The notes: a model not told the origin generated them from the letters alone. Positions 12,871 to 26,630 are shown, counted from the first letter of the stretch. The stretch: 64,000 bases of DNA from Felis catus (GCF_018350175.1 NC_058368.1:162132001-162196000), one strand, 5' to 3'. Translations and numbers: made by a program.

Positions 12871-14099
12871 TGCATATGAAACACTGAAGCAGTCTCAAAG
12901 AACACAAGCAATGACTGAACATTCTGGTTTGAGTTGAAGGTAATATTGCTTCCTTAGAAAATACCAAATCAATAGTATAGCATCAGGGCTTCTAAAGGCC
13001 TGATACAATCCATAAAATAATACAATGATACAATGATACAATCCGTAAAATAATTTTAAAGAAATACATTTAAAGTGATAAAAAGTATATCACTCAAGAG
13101 CAATAAAGCACAATAAGTTATAATTTGTAACCCCCAAATACCTTTATAATATATATTAAGAAGCACGCTTTATATTAAACAATGAAAATTCAGATAGAGT
13201 AGGAGTTAGTGTTAAAATCTTCCTTTTCATACATTGTCAAGTCTCACTGATATTTTGGAGAGAGAAAGAAAAAAAGAATAAGAGAGTTTCTCTGTGTGTG
13301 ATAGTCCACATTCATTACTTAAAATCAAATTCCAATTACCATTAATTTCATGTATGGGTTAAAGTAAGTAATGGAAGGAAGCCAAGAGCTTAACTCCAAG
13401 TTGAGTTTCAAAGTGCATCACAGCCTGATATGGGTCAGACTGCTCTCTTAAGTGTTTTGCTCCATGAGGGAAGTCACAATGTAGGTTTCTTCCTTACTCT
13501 GTCTCTGTCATCTGCTGGTTTTTTACTTTCAGCTCCTTAGAGGAGAGAGAGAGGAGGTGGACATTCATGGTGGATATCTCAGCATCTAGACTTGTAATGT
13601 GCAGCATTTCTACCTCCATTTTTGGTGCTACTTTGATGTAAGGTAGCAAAAAGATGCAAGAAAATAGGGTCTCCCTATATGTCCAGGAAAGAAAGAAACC
13701 ATACAGCATTGCCTATGTTGATTTTTCTTAAGCAAATGTGACAAGAGCAAATAAATACTGTTATTTTGATCACCCAGCATCCATTTCTCCTTATAAAATT
13801 GCTTTTTGTGTTTAATGTGAGGTACAACATTTATTTCATTCTCTGTCATCCTTGTAGGATAATTAATCAAAGCGTTGTGTTTTTTCACCATGAAACCCAA
13901 AGTCCTGCCAGATATTCTTCCTATTAAATATTTTCTCATATTGTCATGTACGTCAGAGGGCAGATATGGTAACTGCCAACTGATTCCCTCTCCAATGTAT
14001 TTTTGAATCATGAGAGAAATGGTTTAAGGTTAAAAGAAAAACTGGGATTCATATATTTATCTTGGTGATGATACCTGGAAAATATGGTTAAGTATTTCT

Positions 14100-14300
14100 T
14101 TGTCTCTAAATGTTTGCCTTTGCCTGATTTCTGTCCTGGTTTTCATGTTTTTCCTAGACAAAATATCCTGGTATAATAATCCATAATGTGAGCTAATCTA
14201 CTGATTAGCTCTATGAATCTATGAATAATTTTCTCATTTTTTCCTTAAATAAACCCTAGTTCTTGTCTATTGCTTATAACCCAAAGAACCCTAATTGATA
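14100..14300 (+). mobile_element. Old MLT-type LTR 3' end
   Basis: Ends ctattgcttataacccaaagaaccctaattgata, like an MLT LTR terminus. Confidence 0.5.
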
Positions 14301-14698
14301 AATCAATATTTTTATATAAAATATTTTGCCTATGTACTAATTAGTGATACATTTTAATGATCATTATCTGGATTATGAAATAAATGTGAGAGAAGTTGGT
14401 TTTCATGATTTAATTTAATAGATAAACACATTAATTTGGTCAAAGGTGAGAACCACTAAATCAGAATGTATCAGCATTTTTGCTGACTTTGGTTCCTATT
14501 TAAAAAATGAGTTATTAACTCATATAAAAATACCCACTTACTGAAATGAGTCTTCATTATTTCTCATGTTACTGTCATGGTACAATATTATGATATGCAA
14601 ACATAGTTAAAATTGTCAACATTATGTATATGAGTTTAAAGAGTAATGAACATATAAAGCAAAGAATTATCCTTTGTACTGCATGTAACATCCTAATT

Positions 14699-14912
14699 CA
14701 GGAGAAGACAAACTTCTTCTGTAACAGGCTGTGTATTTTCAGCTTTGGCAGTTAGGTAGCAGCATTACGCCTACTTAACTTTGTGTTGTAGCACAAACGC
14801 CATCTTTGCTAACACATAGGGGAATGAGTGTCACTATGTTCCAATAAAACTTTATTTGCAAAGCAGACTGCCCTCCAGGTTTGGCTTTTAGGCAATACTT
14901 TATAGATACTTG
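14699..14912. mobile_element. MER58A-like hAT-Charlie MITE
   Basis: caaacttcttctgtaa...tatgttccaataaaactttatttgcaaa core. hAT-like 8-bp flanks tcctaatt / ttctaaat. Confidence 0.85.
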
Positions 14913-15924
14913 TTCTAAATTGTCAAAAATTCCCTTTTTAAATTTATAGAATGAAATATGCTTTTAATAATAATGAAATAATAATCTTATCCAAATACTC
15001 ATCAGGGCAGATAGTCTAATCAACATTTCTGCCATCACCACCTACATTAATAACAACAAATCATTAGAATACTAAAACAATGACCAAAATAGCCTCATAA
15101 GTAGACCTACCATACAGATAATATTGCTGTTCTGTACCTCTAGTAATTAATTGTAGAAATAATCTATTTTAATTCAAAGTATTATTTGTACTAAATCTAA
15201 TTCTATCTTAAATGTGTGTAAAATATAAATTTTCACATTCAATGTTGTGAGAACAATGTTTCAAAGTGCTTCCGTTCATGTACAAATCTACATATAGCCC
15301 AAATCAATTAGATGAAAAATATGCATACATTTCCTTAAGGAATTCTATTTATTCTCCACCCTTATTTTACTTTAAAAGAGGAGAAAGAATGTGCAAAACT
15401 AAGGGAACGGAAGAGAGGAGGAAAGAATTTAAAGTAAGAAAAATGTCTATAGACCTCATTTCTTTCCAAAGGTAAACATTCAGCAATCTCACTGATTACA
15501 GTTCTTTTAGTGGACATGCTTGAGTGCATGACTGCACATAAGATAAAAAAAAAAATAACGTGCCACAATGTCTTTTAAAAAGAGCCATTACATATGAATT
15601 ATGCAGAGAATCCCATTTAAAGATGACATAGTAGAAGTATTTTTACTCAATTTCTCCAAAACCTAGTGGAGAAAAAAGTTTAAGAAGGGGAAAAGTGTGT
15701 CTTTAGAAATGAAAGGAGATGGTTACAATTTTGCCTAACAAACTGTAGCATATCTAGACCATCCATAACATGGTATTCTTTAAATATATGATAAATATGT
15801 TGATATTTTGAACAATTCTATGAAGGCAAAGTAGAATGCTCACCTTATTTTCTTGTAAGTATAATACTTTTGAAATACTGGTGTATTGTTTCAAAGAGGC
15901 AAAGAAAATGGGGAAGACAAATTT

Positions 15925-16005
15925 TAAAAAGGAAAAGAAAGGAAAAGGAAAGGAGGAAGGGAGGGAGGCAGGACGGAGGGAGCGAAAGAAAGGAGAGAGT
16001 GAGAA
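15925..16005. repeat. Purine-rich (GGAA/GGAG) low-complexity tract
   Basis: ggaaaagaaaggaaaaggaaaggaggaagggagggagg. Confidence 0.8.
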
Positions 16006-16627
16006 ATAATAGGACAAGGAAATGGATGCCATCAACATGACATTTGTTTTATGGGAAGAGAAAATACAGTGGAAAAGAAAAGGCTGAGCCTGTAGAGACA
16101 TAGATCAATATCACAACAGGAGGGGATTGAGTCAAATACTAAATCTTTCTCCTTTTGAATTTCAAAAGCTTAGAATCCCTATATGAGGACACTGACAGAG
16201 TTGAGGCAAAGTGGAATCAGAGAGGTGATGCAGAGAAAGCTTTCATTTCTAGAGCCTGTGATGTAAAGATCAGGTGGAGTCACTGACTCTTTAAGCACCA
16301 AAACTGAGTACAGGTCTGTTCAGAAAGATAGAAGAAATAACCAAGTGGTTGAGAATAGGTCTGAGAAAAGAACTCAATTCAAATTGTTTCTTTTACTTTT
16401 AGTATCCAACCACCCCATAACCTATTTTTTAATAAATACTTCTCACCATTAAATTATTGACAATAATTAGAAAACAACACAAACTCTCTGCATATATTTG
16501 GGGGAAAAGGAACATGTGTTAATGAAAGATAATTATAATCCTTCAGAGAAAAAAAATCAACCAACTGAATGTGGATTTTAGGAAAAAATATTTCTAAGGA
16601 AACAATACTATAAAAATAACAAAACTA

Positions 16628-16845
16628 GAGGTGCCTGGGTGGCTCAGTCGGTTAAGCCTCCAACTTCAGCTCAGGTCATGATCTCCCAGTTTGTGGGTTC
16701 ACATTTTGTGAGCTGTGTTCACAGCTCAAAGCCTGAGGCCTGCTTGGGATTCTGTGTCTCATTCTCTCTCTGCCCCTCCCCAACTTGTGCTCTGTCTCTG
16801 TCTCTCAAAAATAAGCAAATTAAAAAAAAAAAAACTTAAAAAAAA
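16628..16845 (+). mobile_element. Can-SINE
   Basis: ggtgcctgggtggctcagtcggttaagc, CT tract and A tail. Flanked by aataacaaaacta / aataacaaaacca. Confidence 0.95.
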
Positions 16846-16861
16846 TAATAACAAAACCATA

Positions 16862-17049
16862 GGGGTGCCTATGCCATAAGCATTTGACTCTTGATTTCAG
16901 CTCAGATCATGATCCCAGGGGTGTGGAGTTGGGCTCCATGTTCTCAGCACAGAACCTGCTTGGGATTCTCTCTCTCTTGCTGCTCCTCCCCTGCCCATGT
17001 TCTCTCTCTCTCTCTTTCTCTCTCAAAAAAAAAAAAAAAAAAAAAAAAA
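16862..17049 (+). mobile_element. Can-SINE (older subfamily), tandem to the previous copy
   Basis: ggggtgcct...gactcttgatttcagctcagatcatgatcccaggg, (CT)n and a long A run. Flanks aaaaccatag / aaaaccctatag. Confidence 0.93.
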
Positions 17050-17866
17050 CCCTATAGAGAGAAAAATGTATATTGAATATAGTATTGAGAAAATTGTAAG
17101 AAAACCAAAAGAGATAAAGTGAAGTTGCAAATTTTTAATGAACAATAACTAAAAACAGAAAAATAGAAACATTACAGAAATGAAGTTCAGTTATAAAAGA
17201 AGTAACATAAAAAAAAAAAAGAATTAAAATGACCAACCTAGGGAGACAATGTAATACCAGATACAACGGAGTAATAGAACAGATTGATTTTTTTTCCTTG
17301 AGGTACTTTTTTGGAAGGCCAAAAAACTTTTTCAACATATTCATCATTTTTTTCTTGACAAAAATAACAAACAGAAAAGTATTTGAAGGTATAATAAAAA
17401 TGCTTCTAAAATCCTGAAATGACACTGCATTTCTCATGCGCATAACAAAAATAAACACCATGGTATAGTCTGGTAGAGTCACTAGACAACAAACTCTAGT
17501 AAACTGTGTAAACAGCAGTAAAAATCATGTGTATCTTCATGCAGGCAACAACCACAACAGACAGATGTTGAATTTCGAATTCATTTAATATTAATTGATG
17601 ACTGTAGATATAAATAAAAATATGTTACACATTTTGACAATATAAAAGTGATGTTTGATGTATTTTGGGAAATGGGCAGTGTAAGTCGATAGTGTGAGAT
17701 GTCAACTCTGCAATAATTTCTATTTTATACTATAAAATTTATAGATACAACTAAATTTGGAACAGATAGCACTTAGAGAAATAAAATGTCTGATTTTTAT
17801 AATCTCTTTAAATTTTGGATTTTTAAAAATATGTACATATTTCTTGTTAAGAAAGTATGTATCTGA

Positions 17867-18090
17867 AGGGCACTTGGCTAGCTCAGTCAGTTGAGCATCC
17901 AACTCTTGATTTCAGTTCAGGTCATGATCTGGAGGTCATGAGATCAAGTCCTACGTCGCACTCCTTGCTAAGTATACAGCCTGCTTAAGACTCTCTCTCT
18001 CTCTCTCTCTCTCTCCCTCCCTCCCTCCCTCCCTCCCTCCCTCTGCCTCTCTCCTCTCTTGGCTCTTCCTCTCTAAAATTAAAACAAAAA
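17867..18090 (+). mobile_element. Can-SINE (older subfamily) with (CT)n(CCCT)n tract
   Basis: gggcacttggctagctcagtcagttgagc. TSD aaagtatgtatctgaa / aaagtacttatctgaa. Confidence 0.95.
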
Positions 18091-19223
18091 AAGTACTTAT
18101 CTGAATTTCAATAGTTTCTCCAAATTCTTTTTTGTCTCACAAAGAAATGTTAAGCGTTTGAATTTCTTCTTCATTTTGATAAGCAAATATAACCCAAATG
18201 TGGTTTATTACACTATACTAATATGTAACTCTTTATAGGTAGGGTGAAATGTCTACAGTGGTACTCACAAAAGGTTTAGTATGATTATATGTGAGTGAAG
18301 AGATTTCAAGTTATGTTGTAATTCCCTTTTCATTTTTTTCAAGTTGCTTGTTATTTTTATAAAAGTTATATTTATTGAAAAATAAAAAGTAAACTTTTAA
18401 AAGACTATGGAGGATTACTCAGATATGTAGAAATGCCTCCACTAGATCAATTGTTGAAAATAGTATACTAATGTTTTTGATTATATGTCCTTGGCATTCT
18501 TTTTCAATGCTGCTTGAGTAACAAACAAAAGAGACTTAATAAAGTTCAGAATTCACATTGGATATAAGCCTTTGTTCCAATTAGAAGCACAAATATCACT
18601 TCTAAAAGCATTATTGTTGTGGAGTTGTTGAGTTTATGTGGCTTTTTTCCACACACCACTCTTTCATTTCGTGAGAAATGTGAGGAAGAATCAGAAACAT
18701 CATTTCGGGGACTTAAGTATTGTAATTATGGAAATAACAACTGATGTTTTAAAAAATTTGAAAGATTAATTCAATGAATATAAAAAGTACAAATCAAGCT
18801 GGGGTGGAAAAAACTATCACATCCTAGTTCAAATCAAGTGTATGTCTATTCACAATATCTGTTAAGATCGTTGAAGTGAGAAAATTATACTTTATGACGT
18901 TGCTAAAATTATAGGCCCAACATTGATGATGAAACTCATGCAATAAAAATATTTATGGAATCAGTATTGATATCATAATCATCTGGCATGAACTCCAAGA
19001 AGTTTGGTCCTGTACACAATTAATTGTAACACCTTTCACCAGTTTCAGAGCATAATTTAAATCCAGAAAGATGTACAGATACATTGACATTAAGTTGTTA
19101 AAAAAGGAACTAATTATCAATTCATGCATCATAATTGTATACCTGATCGACATTTGGGATATATAAAATAGGAAATTTTAAAATGCTAGCAGAAAAAGAG
19201 AGAGAATGGGAGGGAGGGAGAGA

Positions 19224-19287
19224 GAAAGGAAAGGAAAGGAAAGGAAAGGAAAGGAAAGGAAAGGAAAGGAAAGGAAAGGAAAGGAAA
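19224..19287. repeat. (GGAAA)n pentanucleotide microsatellite
   Basis: About 12 perfect GGAAA units. Confidence 0.97.
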
Positions 19288-20764
19288 AAATTAACACAGC
19301 TGTAACAACAAATGGGTTTAGTATGAAAAGAGCAGTAACAGTGTTTCTTGCGGGGGAAATCTCATCTGCTGTAATAAACATCAAGCTAAGAGGCTAAGAT
19401 GAATTTGAATGATTTTTTCTCTCTAGAAAGAAAATTGAACAAGAAAGTTGTTAATCACTACTGGTCACCTCCCCTGCTGTTATGCAGAATTGTTCCAAAG
19501 ACTTTCTGGTTAAAAAGCTATTGGTTAGAGATTTATGTAACATGTAAATTGGGATAGTAGCAGATACATTCTCTGAAGGTGTTTGGAGTTAAGCTCTGAA
19601 GGAAGAGATTTTGTGAATTTTATGAGTATTTTTAGCTTTTCATCTCTCAGTCTGAGTGTAATATATACCTATCTTTTATTTTCCATTAGGCCAATGAAAT
19701 TTGCTATTAAAAATGAAGGAAGTTGATGGTAGTAGCTATTTAATTTGAAGCTGGGAGTATATAGATCTTAGGAATATAGCATTTTACATAGGAGTAATAA
19801 ATGTCACATTCTTTGCAGAGCAGAAAAGAATGAAAGAAAAAGTTCTAGCCTCAAATGAGAAGACTTTTTTTTTCTTCAAGATATCTGATCTCATATAGTT
19901 GCTTAAATCAAGGCAAGAAACCTCAAAGTTAAGCAAGCCCTCAAAGCACTATGTTATCTTGATCTTGTACTCCAGTCGTCTGCCTATTGATAAAATAAAA
20001 GAAACTGTAGGATGAAGGCATTTCCATTAACAGCATCACAATTTTCTAAAGTTTTTACAAGCATACCTTTTCAGACCTTTCTTTCATGCATATTTTATAT
20101 ATCCAATGATGAATTACATTTAAAATACAGTCAGGTACTAATATTCTCCCATTTTATTGACTTGCTTCATTTTGACTTTCAATATAAGTGATCATGTTCT
20201 ATAATGAGATTTGACTTGTGCATGGCATTGTGGTTGTTCACAGAATGGCTAAATCATAGAGGGTGGATTTATTGCCCTTAGTTTTAAAGCAACAGCCGTT
20301 TGCTGTTACAAATTTGGGGGTTCTTGCCCTCAAATTTAAAGGATCAAGTTTAAAGCTTCAAATTTGATTCTCCTGAATTGGTGTTGATCAAAGCACCTAA
20401 TTTTTTCTTTATTTTAACCTAGTTTAGGAGCAAATTTAGATTTGAAACAATTTTTACTTTGTGAATCAGAGGTATTTTGGACAGACATATCCTCCTTATC
20501 CTACAACAAAGGAGTCAGAGTGATGTGAGTGGGTAATGTAACAGTTTATATTACTTAATAAACAAAATTTAAAAAGTAAACAAGAAAACAATAGAACTGT
20601 AGCATAATCAGTAAAGTATCTTTTCATTGCTAGTGGATTTTAAGATCTGCCATAATCTGAAAAGCAGTGTTCATATAATAAGGAACTTTCTTTTTTACCC
20701 ATAGTCTCTTTTTTTCCCTATATTTCCAGTTGTTGGGTGGAGATATTTAACAAAATAGGGCATA

Positions 20765-20960
20765 GGTGATTGAATCTTGATTACACACAGCCTTTTAAGC
20801 AATGTGACAGGGGTTAATCACCTAAACTCTCAAGGTTTAGTTTCTAGTCCAGAAGTAATGATAATATTTCCTCTCTAAATTTTCTTTCTATACCTGCAGA
20901 TTATATCATATATATAAAAAACTATTTATATGAATGTCTATTATAATAACTGATACAGTG
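20765..20960 (+). mobile_element. MIR relic
   Basis: ttaagcaatgtgacaggggttaatcacctaaactctcaaggtttagtttct resembles the MIR core. Confidence 0.45.
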
Positions 20961-21563
20961 AGTAGTTTTTTAATACTGTAATTTTTAAAACAATCATCTT
21001 TAAGACAAATTCAACTTAGTTTTCCTATCCTTCTGTGACCACATTCTGTTGCCAGACATCAGATCTTGTGTTTTAGTGTATGGTGGTGATTCTTTTAATC
21101 AAATGTTTATGTTTAGAATTAGTCCTGAATGGCTTGTAGCAATCTCCAATGAACTTGGGTTCCTAAGATGGAATATGTATAAATTCTAGACATAATAATT
21201 CTTCTCTCATAATTAATAAAAAACAAATATTAGATGTCAATTTCAATATTAAACCAAAAAAAAAAACACTTATTTTCTATATTCCAGGTGGGGCAGTGTT
21301 TGGTGCTGGAGAAAATAGGAAATATTTCATAAGTTTATAATTATTGTTAATGTCTGTTTATCATATATGAATTGTGAATTAAGCTTTTGGGTTTAGAAAA
21401 TAATAAAAGGAAGGGGATCCAGATGAAAGAGTGAGAGAAGTTTGCCTTAATTTATATTCCTAAGTAGTGTCTTTTAGGATCCCGTGCTTTGGTTTGGAGC
21501 TTTTTAATGATCATTTTAATAAGCTACCAGTCCCCAAATTTGTGTATTTTGTTTCTAGTTTTG

Positions 21564-21565
<2 letters not shown>

Positions 21566-21601
<36 letters not shown>
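21566..21601. repeat. (AC)18 microsatellite
   Basis: Uninterrupted AC run. Confidence 0.98.
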
Positions 21602-21605
<4 letters not shown>

Positions 21606-23194
21606 ATGATGGAGTTTCATGATATTTTACCTGTTATGATTTTGGTTTTCCTATTTTCTAAATAAAACTAAGAGTCAACCCAAGCTATTAAATGATCTTC
21701 TCATAGTAAAATAGAATAAAATCAATATATGAAGTGCTTCAAAGAAAAAAAGGAAAAATTAGTTTTAAGAATCCTAAAAGTCTCCCAACACCTTGATAGT
21801 ACATTATAAAGGGCTGTTCCCCTAAATTTCTCTTGTCAGAATACTGTGTTTCCTCTATTTCATTTTTCACTATCCAAGCCAAAGTATGTTCATTTTAATA
21901 GATAAGACATTTATTGTCTAACATATTTAAATTTATATTTTGATCATGTCTTATTGTGGGACAACTAAGTATTATTCATTTTAGGGCTCTGTGGCAACAA
22001 TGGGTATTTTTAAGAAAATCAATGTGTTGGCAGTGTGGTAAAACTCTAATAGTGAGTATCTACTGAGAGTGTCAGATGAAAGCAGTTCAGTGCCTAGACA
22101 GAGGAGTTCTCAGCAGATAAGAACTATCACATATGAGAACCTAAATTGAAAATTTTGACAGATTCAAGCCTGTTTTATTTGCACCATAAAAATTCCACTT
22201 TGTGGCAGATATTACATTCCAGGGGAAAAAAGTTATTCATCTTGACAAGAAATGAAATGGATTAGTTTTACTTTAGACCTGAAGGATGAAAATCCATATA
22301 CACCCACATATAAGGACATACTCTCAAAGAATCTTCCGAATTAAAAAAAAAAGTGTGAGGCTATCCTATTTACAAGATATTCGTCTGCATTATGCTTATC
22401 TGTTAATTTTGAGAAAATCACTGTTTGATTTGAAACATCAGCTTAGTAGAGCATGAACTGTGCAGATACATAAAACCTGAGTTTTAACACAATTTAATGA
22501 TTATGTTTCTTAACAGAAAGCCCTGCAGCTCCAAATATGTTGAATTTAATCAAGAATGAAACATGTAGATTGTAAAGCAATTTCTGTTCCATTCTTTAAT
22601 TTCCACTGTGTCATTTTTTCATCAGTCCAAAAATGATTTAACATATGCTTTTTTTAAATGAAATAATTTCTTTTCTGAATATAAAACCACTACATGGACA
22701 GTACAGAAACTTTCAAAATACAGGAGAAAAAAAAAAGGTGAAGGCTAAATTTATTCAAGCCCTTCCTTTAAGCCCATGGATACAAATGAAGTCACATGAA
22801 GATGGTAAATTTTATCTCTATGGCAAAGTTGTTAAGATTTTCTTTCTCATTGGATTTATTGTGTACACTTAGGAGAATCCCAAAAGCACAGCTCATGACC
22901 CATAATCTCATCAAGAATTTTCATCATAATTCTTGTTTTTAGTTTGTTAAACAGTTTCTCAGTTTGTAGCTCATCTCTCAGATCTCCCAAATTCATACAG
23001 ATAGAGGGTGGGTCAGCTGATAAAACCAAGTGAGAGGACCACTGCTCTACTCTCATCATCAGTTGAGATGAGATGAAATGAGTTACATATTCCCATCCAT
23101 ACACATATATTGGTCAGCCCATCAATGAAACAGGCATGACCTGTTGCAGCTGGTCCTCAACATAAGGTACTTGCAACAACAAAAAATATATAAA

Positions 23195-23585
23195 TCATCT
23201 ACAATGCCACCACCTAAAAATAACCATTCTAAATTTTTGTGTATTCAATGTATTATTCTATATATATGTATATTTTTAAATAATTGCTTATATTAATATT
23301 GTATTTATTATTTTTGACCTAAATTTTATGATATGAATAGTTTATTAGGCTTTTGTATATTTAAGATATTTTAATATATGTGTAATGTTTCACTGTGTAA
23401 CTATATGACAGTTTATTTTACATTTTCATATTGTTTATTTAGGTTGTTTCCCAATGCTTATTATTATTGATTTCAGAAAGCTATGAATATCTTTATGTAT
23501 ATAATTTGCCTCATATTTTTATTTAATTAGAATTGGTTTTGAAAAGGGGATTGACCATGAGTATAGGCATTTGAAGGTTTTTGAA
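23195..23585 (-). mobile_element. Ancient L1 (L1ME-like) 3' fragment
   Basis: Antisense L1ME-like motifs caccacctaaaaataaccatt, tatttaggttgtttcccaat, gctatgaatatcttt. Confidence 0.6.
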
Positions 23586-23604
23586 GTTAGTTTATGTTAT
23601 TATA

Positions 23605-24105
23605 GAGGTGAAATGAAAACATGTGCCAACACAAAAATGGGCTAAGCAAATATTTTACATTATTCATAATAAACAAAACCTGGAAGTAAACCAAATGACT
23701 ATTAATCATGGATGAATACAAAATCTTATACTGATACTGTACTACTCAGCAACAAAAATAGGAAAGATTGCTGGTACCACCACCTACATGAATGCATCTC
23801 AAAAGCATTATGCTAAGTGAAACAAGCTAGACGCAAAATACTACAGTATGATTATATTCGTATCATTTTCTCAAAAGTCAAATCTGTAGTTGAAGTAAGT
23901 AAAACATTGGTTGTAGGACATTGGGCTGTGGGTAGGAAGGTATTGATTACCTAGAAGCAAGAAGGAACTCTTGGGAGGTGGAATCCTATACCTTGATTTT
24001 GATGTTAGCTATCCAAGAATATAGATTTATCAAAACACAGTGAACTCTGAACTTAAAATCACTGAACTTTATTTAATGTAAATTATTTCTTAAGTTGATT
24101 AACCA
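23605..24105 (+). mobile_element. Ancient L1 (L1MD/L1ME-like) 3' UTR fragment
   Basis: gaaatgaaaacatgtg, tactactcagcaac, atgcatctcaaaagcattatgctaagtgaaa, atttatcaaaacaca...cttaaaa. Confidence 0.85.
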
Positions 24106-24709
24106 AGAAATGAACCAATAGTGTGGGTTTTTTAAATCAATAATAAACATTTCACCCAACCTAATGGATATCCCCAACCTTTTCCTCAGACCCATAATAA
24201 CTAGAAGTAAAGCTCAAGAATAAGTATATTTAAAAACTTCCCATGGACTCCCATTGCTATTTCAAACATATGTATATAGTATCTCACATATATACTTCTG
24301 CTTTCTGAAAGACACCATATGGATAATAAAAAGATAAGTTTGAGGGTTAGAGACTAGGAGAAATATTAATGAATCATTTGTCTGATTAATAATTTGTTTT
24401 CAGTTTATACATATTATTTTAAAAAATATTCAAAACTGAATTATAAGAAAACAAAAGATGCAAATATTTTTAAAAGCACAAAAATTTGAATAGGCATTTT
24501 ATCAAAGAAGATACATAAATAGCAAATAAGCATAGGAAAAGATACTTAATATCACTGATTATTAGCAAAGTACAAGTTAAATCAAATTAAAATAATAGTA
24601 TATGCTCTATACACCAATTAGAATAACTTCAACCAAAATATGAAGTTTCATACAGAGTCATACGGAGGAACTGGAACTCTCAAACCTGGTCATAAGAATA
24701 TAAAATGTT

Positions 24710-24929
24710 GGGGCGCCTGGGTGGCGCAGTCAGTTAAGCGTCCGACTTCAGCCAGGTCACGATCTCCCGGTCCAGGAGTTCGAGCCCCGCGTCGGGCTCT
24801 GGGCTATGGCTCAGAGCCTGGAGCCTGTTTCCGATTCTGTGTCTCCCTCTCTCTCTGCCCCTCCCCCGTTCATGCTCTGTCTCTCTCTGTCCCAAAAATA
24901 AATAAACGTTGAAAAAAAAATTAAAAAAA
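24710..24929 (+). mobile_element. Young feline SINE (SINEC_Fc)
   Basis: ggggcgcctgggtggcgcagtc. Perfect TSD aatataaaatgtt at 24697-24709 and 24930-24942. Confidence 0.99.
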
Positions 24930-24968
24930 AATATAAAATGTTATCAACACTTCAGAATCCCCAAGAGG

Positions 24969-25186
24969 TTTTTTTTTAATGTTTATTTTTGAGAGAGAGA
25001 CAGAGACAGACAGACAGAGTGTGAGTGGGGGAGGAGCAGGTAGAGAGGGAGGCACAGAATCTGAAGTCAGTTCCAGGGTCTGAGCTGTCAGCACAGAGCC
25101 TGACACGGGGCTCAACCCCAGGAACCTGTGACCTCATGACCTGAGCCAAAGTCGGACACTTAACCAACTGAACCACCCAGGTGCCC
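24969..25186 (-). mobile_element. Can-SINE
   Basis: Full antisense SINE with TSD cagaatcccca on both sides. Confidence 0.97.
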
Positions 25187-26420
25187 AGAATCCCCAGTTT
25201 CTTAAAATGTAAACAGGCACCTCCCACATGATCCCATCATTGCACACCTGAGCATTTACCCAAGGGAAAAGAAAGCATGAGTCTATACAGAGATGTATAT
25301 ACAACATACCTAGCAGCTTTATTTGTAATGACCAAAATTACCTGTAAGTAAATGGATACACAAATTGTCCTATGGCAATACAGTGTTACACTACTCAGCA
25401 ATACATGAGTGCAATATTAATATAGAGTACGGTATGGGTGAGTCTTTAGTTATGCTGAGTGTAAAAGACCAGACCCCCCCCCCAGAAAATGTCATACCAT
25501 ATTGTTTTATTTATATAAAGTTCTAGAGAATGAAAAGTAAACAGTAGTGACAGAATACAGATAAGTGGTGTCTGGGGAAATGGGTTTCAGCAATGGTAAA
25601 AAGGAGGCATTATAAAGCAGCACAAGAAGACTTTGAAGGTGATAGATATGCTTAGTATCTTGATTATGGTGATGGTTTCACGGGTATACACACATGTCAA
25701 AACACCAAATTGTACACTTTAAATATGTGCAGTTTACTTTATGCTCAACATACCTCAATTAAAGAGGTAAATTAAATGCAGGAGAAAAAAAAAACTCCCA
25801 GGTTTTCTGATTATTTGGCTGATTTGGAAACCAGTAATTCAGTAGTCCATTCTGTGCGATTTCACTTTTAAGAAATAATGAGTATTTCAGAATGTTTTCT
25901 TTCCTCCACATTTTCCCCAGCATGTCACTTGTATTTAATTATTTTAATAGCTATGAATTTGTCTGAAATTGCTTTGGAAAGGAAATAAATTGGTTTCAAA
26001 AGCAACCAATGATTTATTAGCAGGTGGTGACTCAGTAGCTGATAATTCTTTTTAAATCCAGGCCAAAATAGTGATATCAAGTTAGTAAAGTTTGCACTTT
26101 TAAAATGTTAACCTTTATAATCATTATCTAAACTGTATATCTTTGTTAAGTTCCATAACTCCATACATTTTTATTGTTCCAACCTATAAAAATATAATCT
26201 GTTGTTGTGATGCATGAAAATGGACTTTACTGGTTAACTTGTTTTTATCTGATAGCTTTCCCCAAGGACCTGTGTTATTTTATTTTTACTTTTTTTATGG
26301 GAGGGGGCGGAATGGTGTATTTCACTTGTGTTCTCTTTAAATCTTATTAGAGTAACCCAAGTTTGCCATCTTTAAGTCATAATTTCCTCCTTGACTCAGC
26401 TACACATGAAAATGTAGTTT

Positions 26421-26630
26421 GGGGGCACCTGTGTGGCTCAGTAAGGCAAGGGTCTGACTTCAGCTCAGGTAATGGTATCAGGGATCATGAGTTCAAGCCG
26501 TGCATCAGGCTCCACACTGGAAGTGAAGAGCCTGCTTGGTATTCTCTCTCCCTCCCTCTCTCTCTCCCCTTCTCCCACTTGCGCTCTTTTTCTCTCTCAA
26601 AATAAATAAATAAACTTAATTTTAAAAAAA
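26421..26630 (+). mobile_element. Can-SINE
   Basis: gggggcacctgtgtggctcagt, CT tract and aaaataaataaataaac tail. Confidence 0.95.

Larger units (their letters stand above)
24420..25790 (+). mobile_element. Ancient L1 (L1ME-like) ORF2 end and 3' UTR, split by two SINEs
   Basis: aaagaagatacataaatagcaaataagcat, ggaactggaactctca, atgatccca...gcatttaccca, aaattgtacactttaaatatgtgcagttt. Confidence 0.88.

Noticed and set aside
13001..13053. Short direct repeats tgatacaatccataaaataa / tgatacaatccgtaaaataa
   Set aside because: Ordinary slippage duplication with only two units, not an array. The same applies to aaaagatgacattttaa near 54574/54601 and cttggtttctagagttt near 56821/56846.
13628..14011. 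Longest ORF (127 aa, minus strand)
   Set aside because: No recognisable homology and no convincing splice sites; one ORF of this length is plausible by chance in six frames of 64 kb
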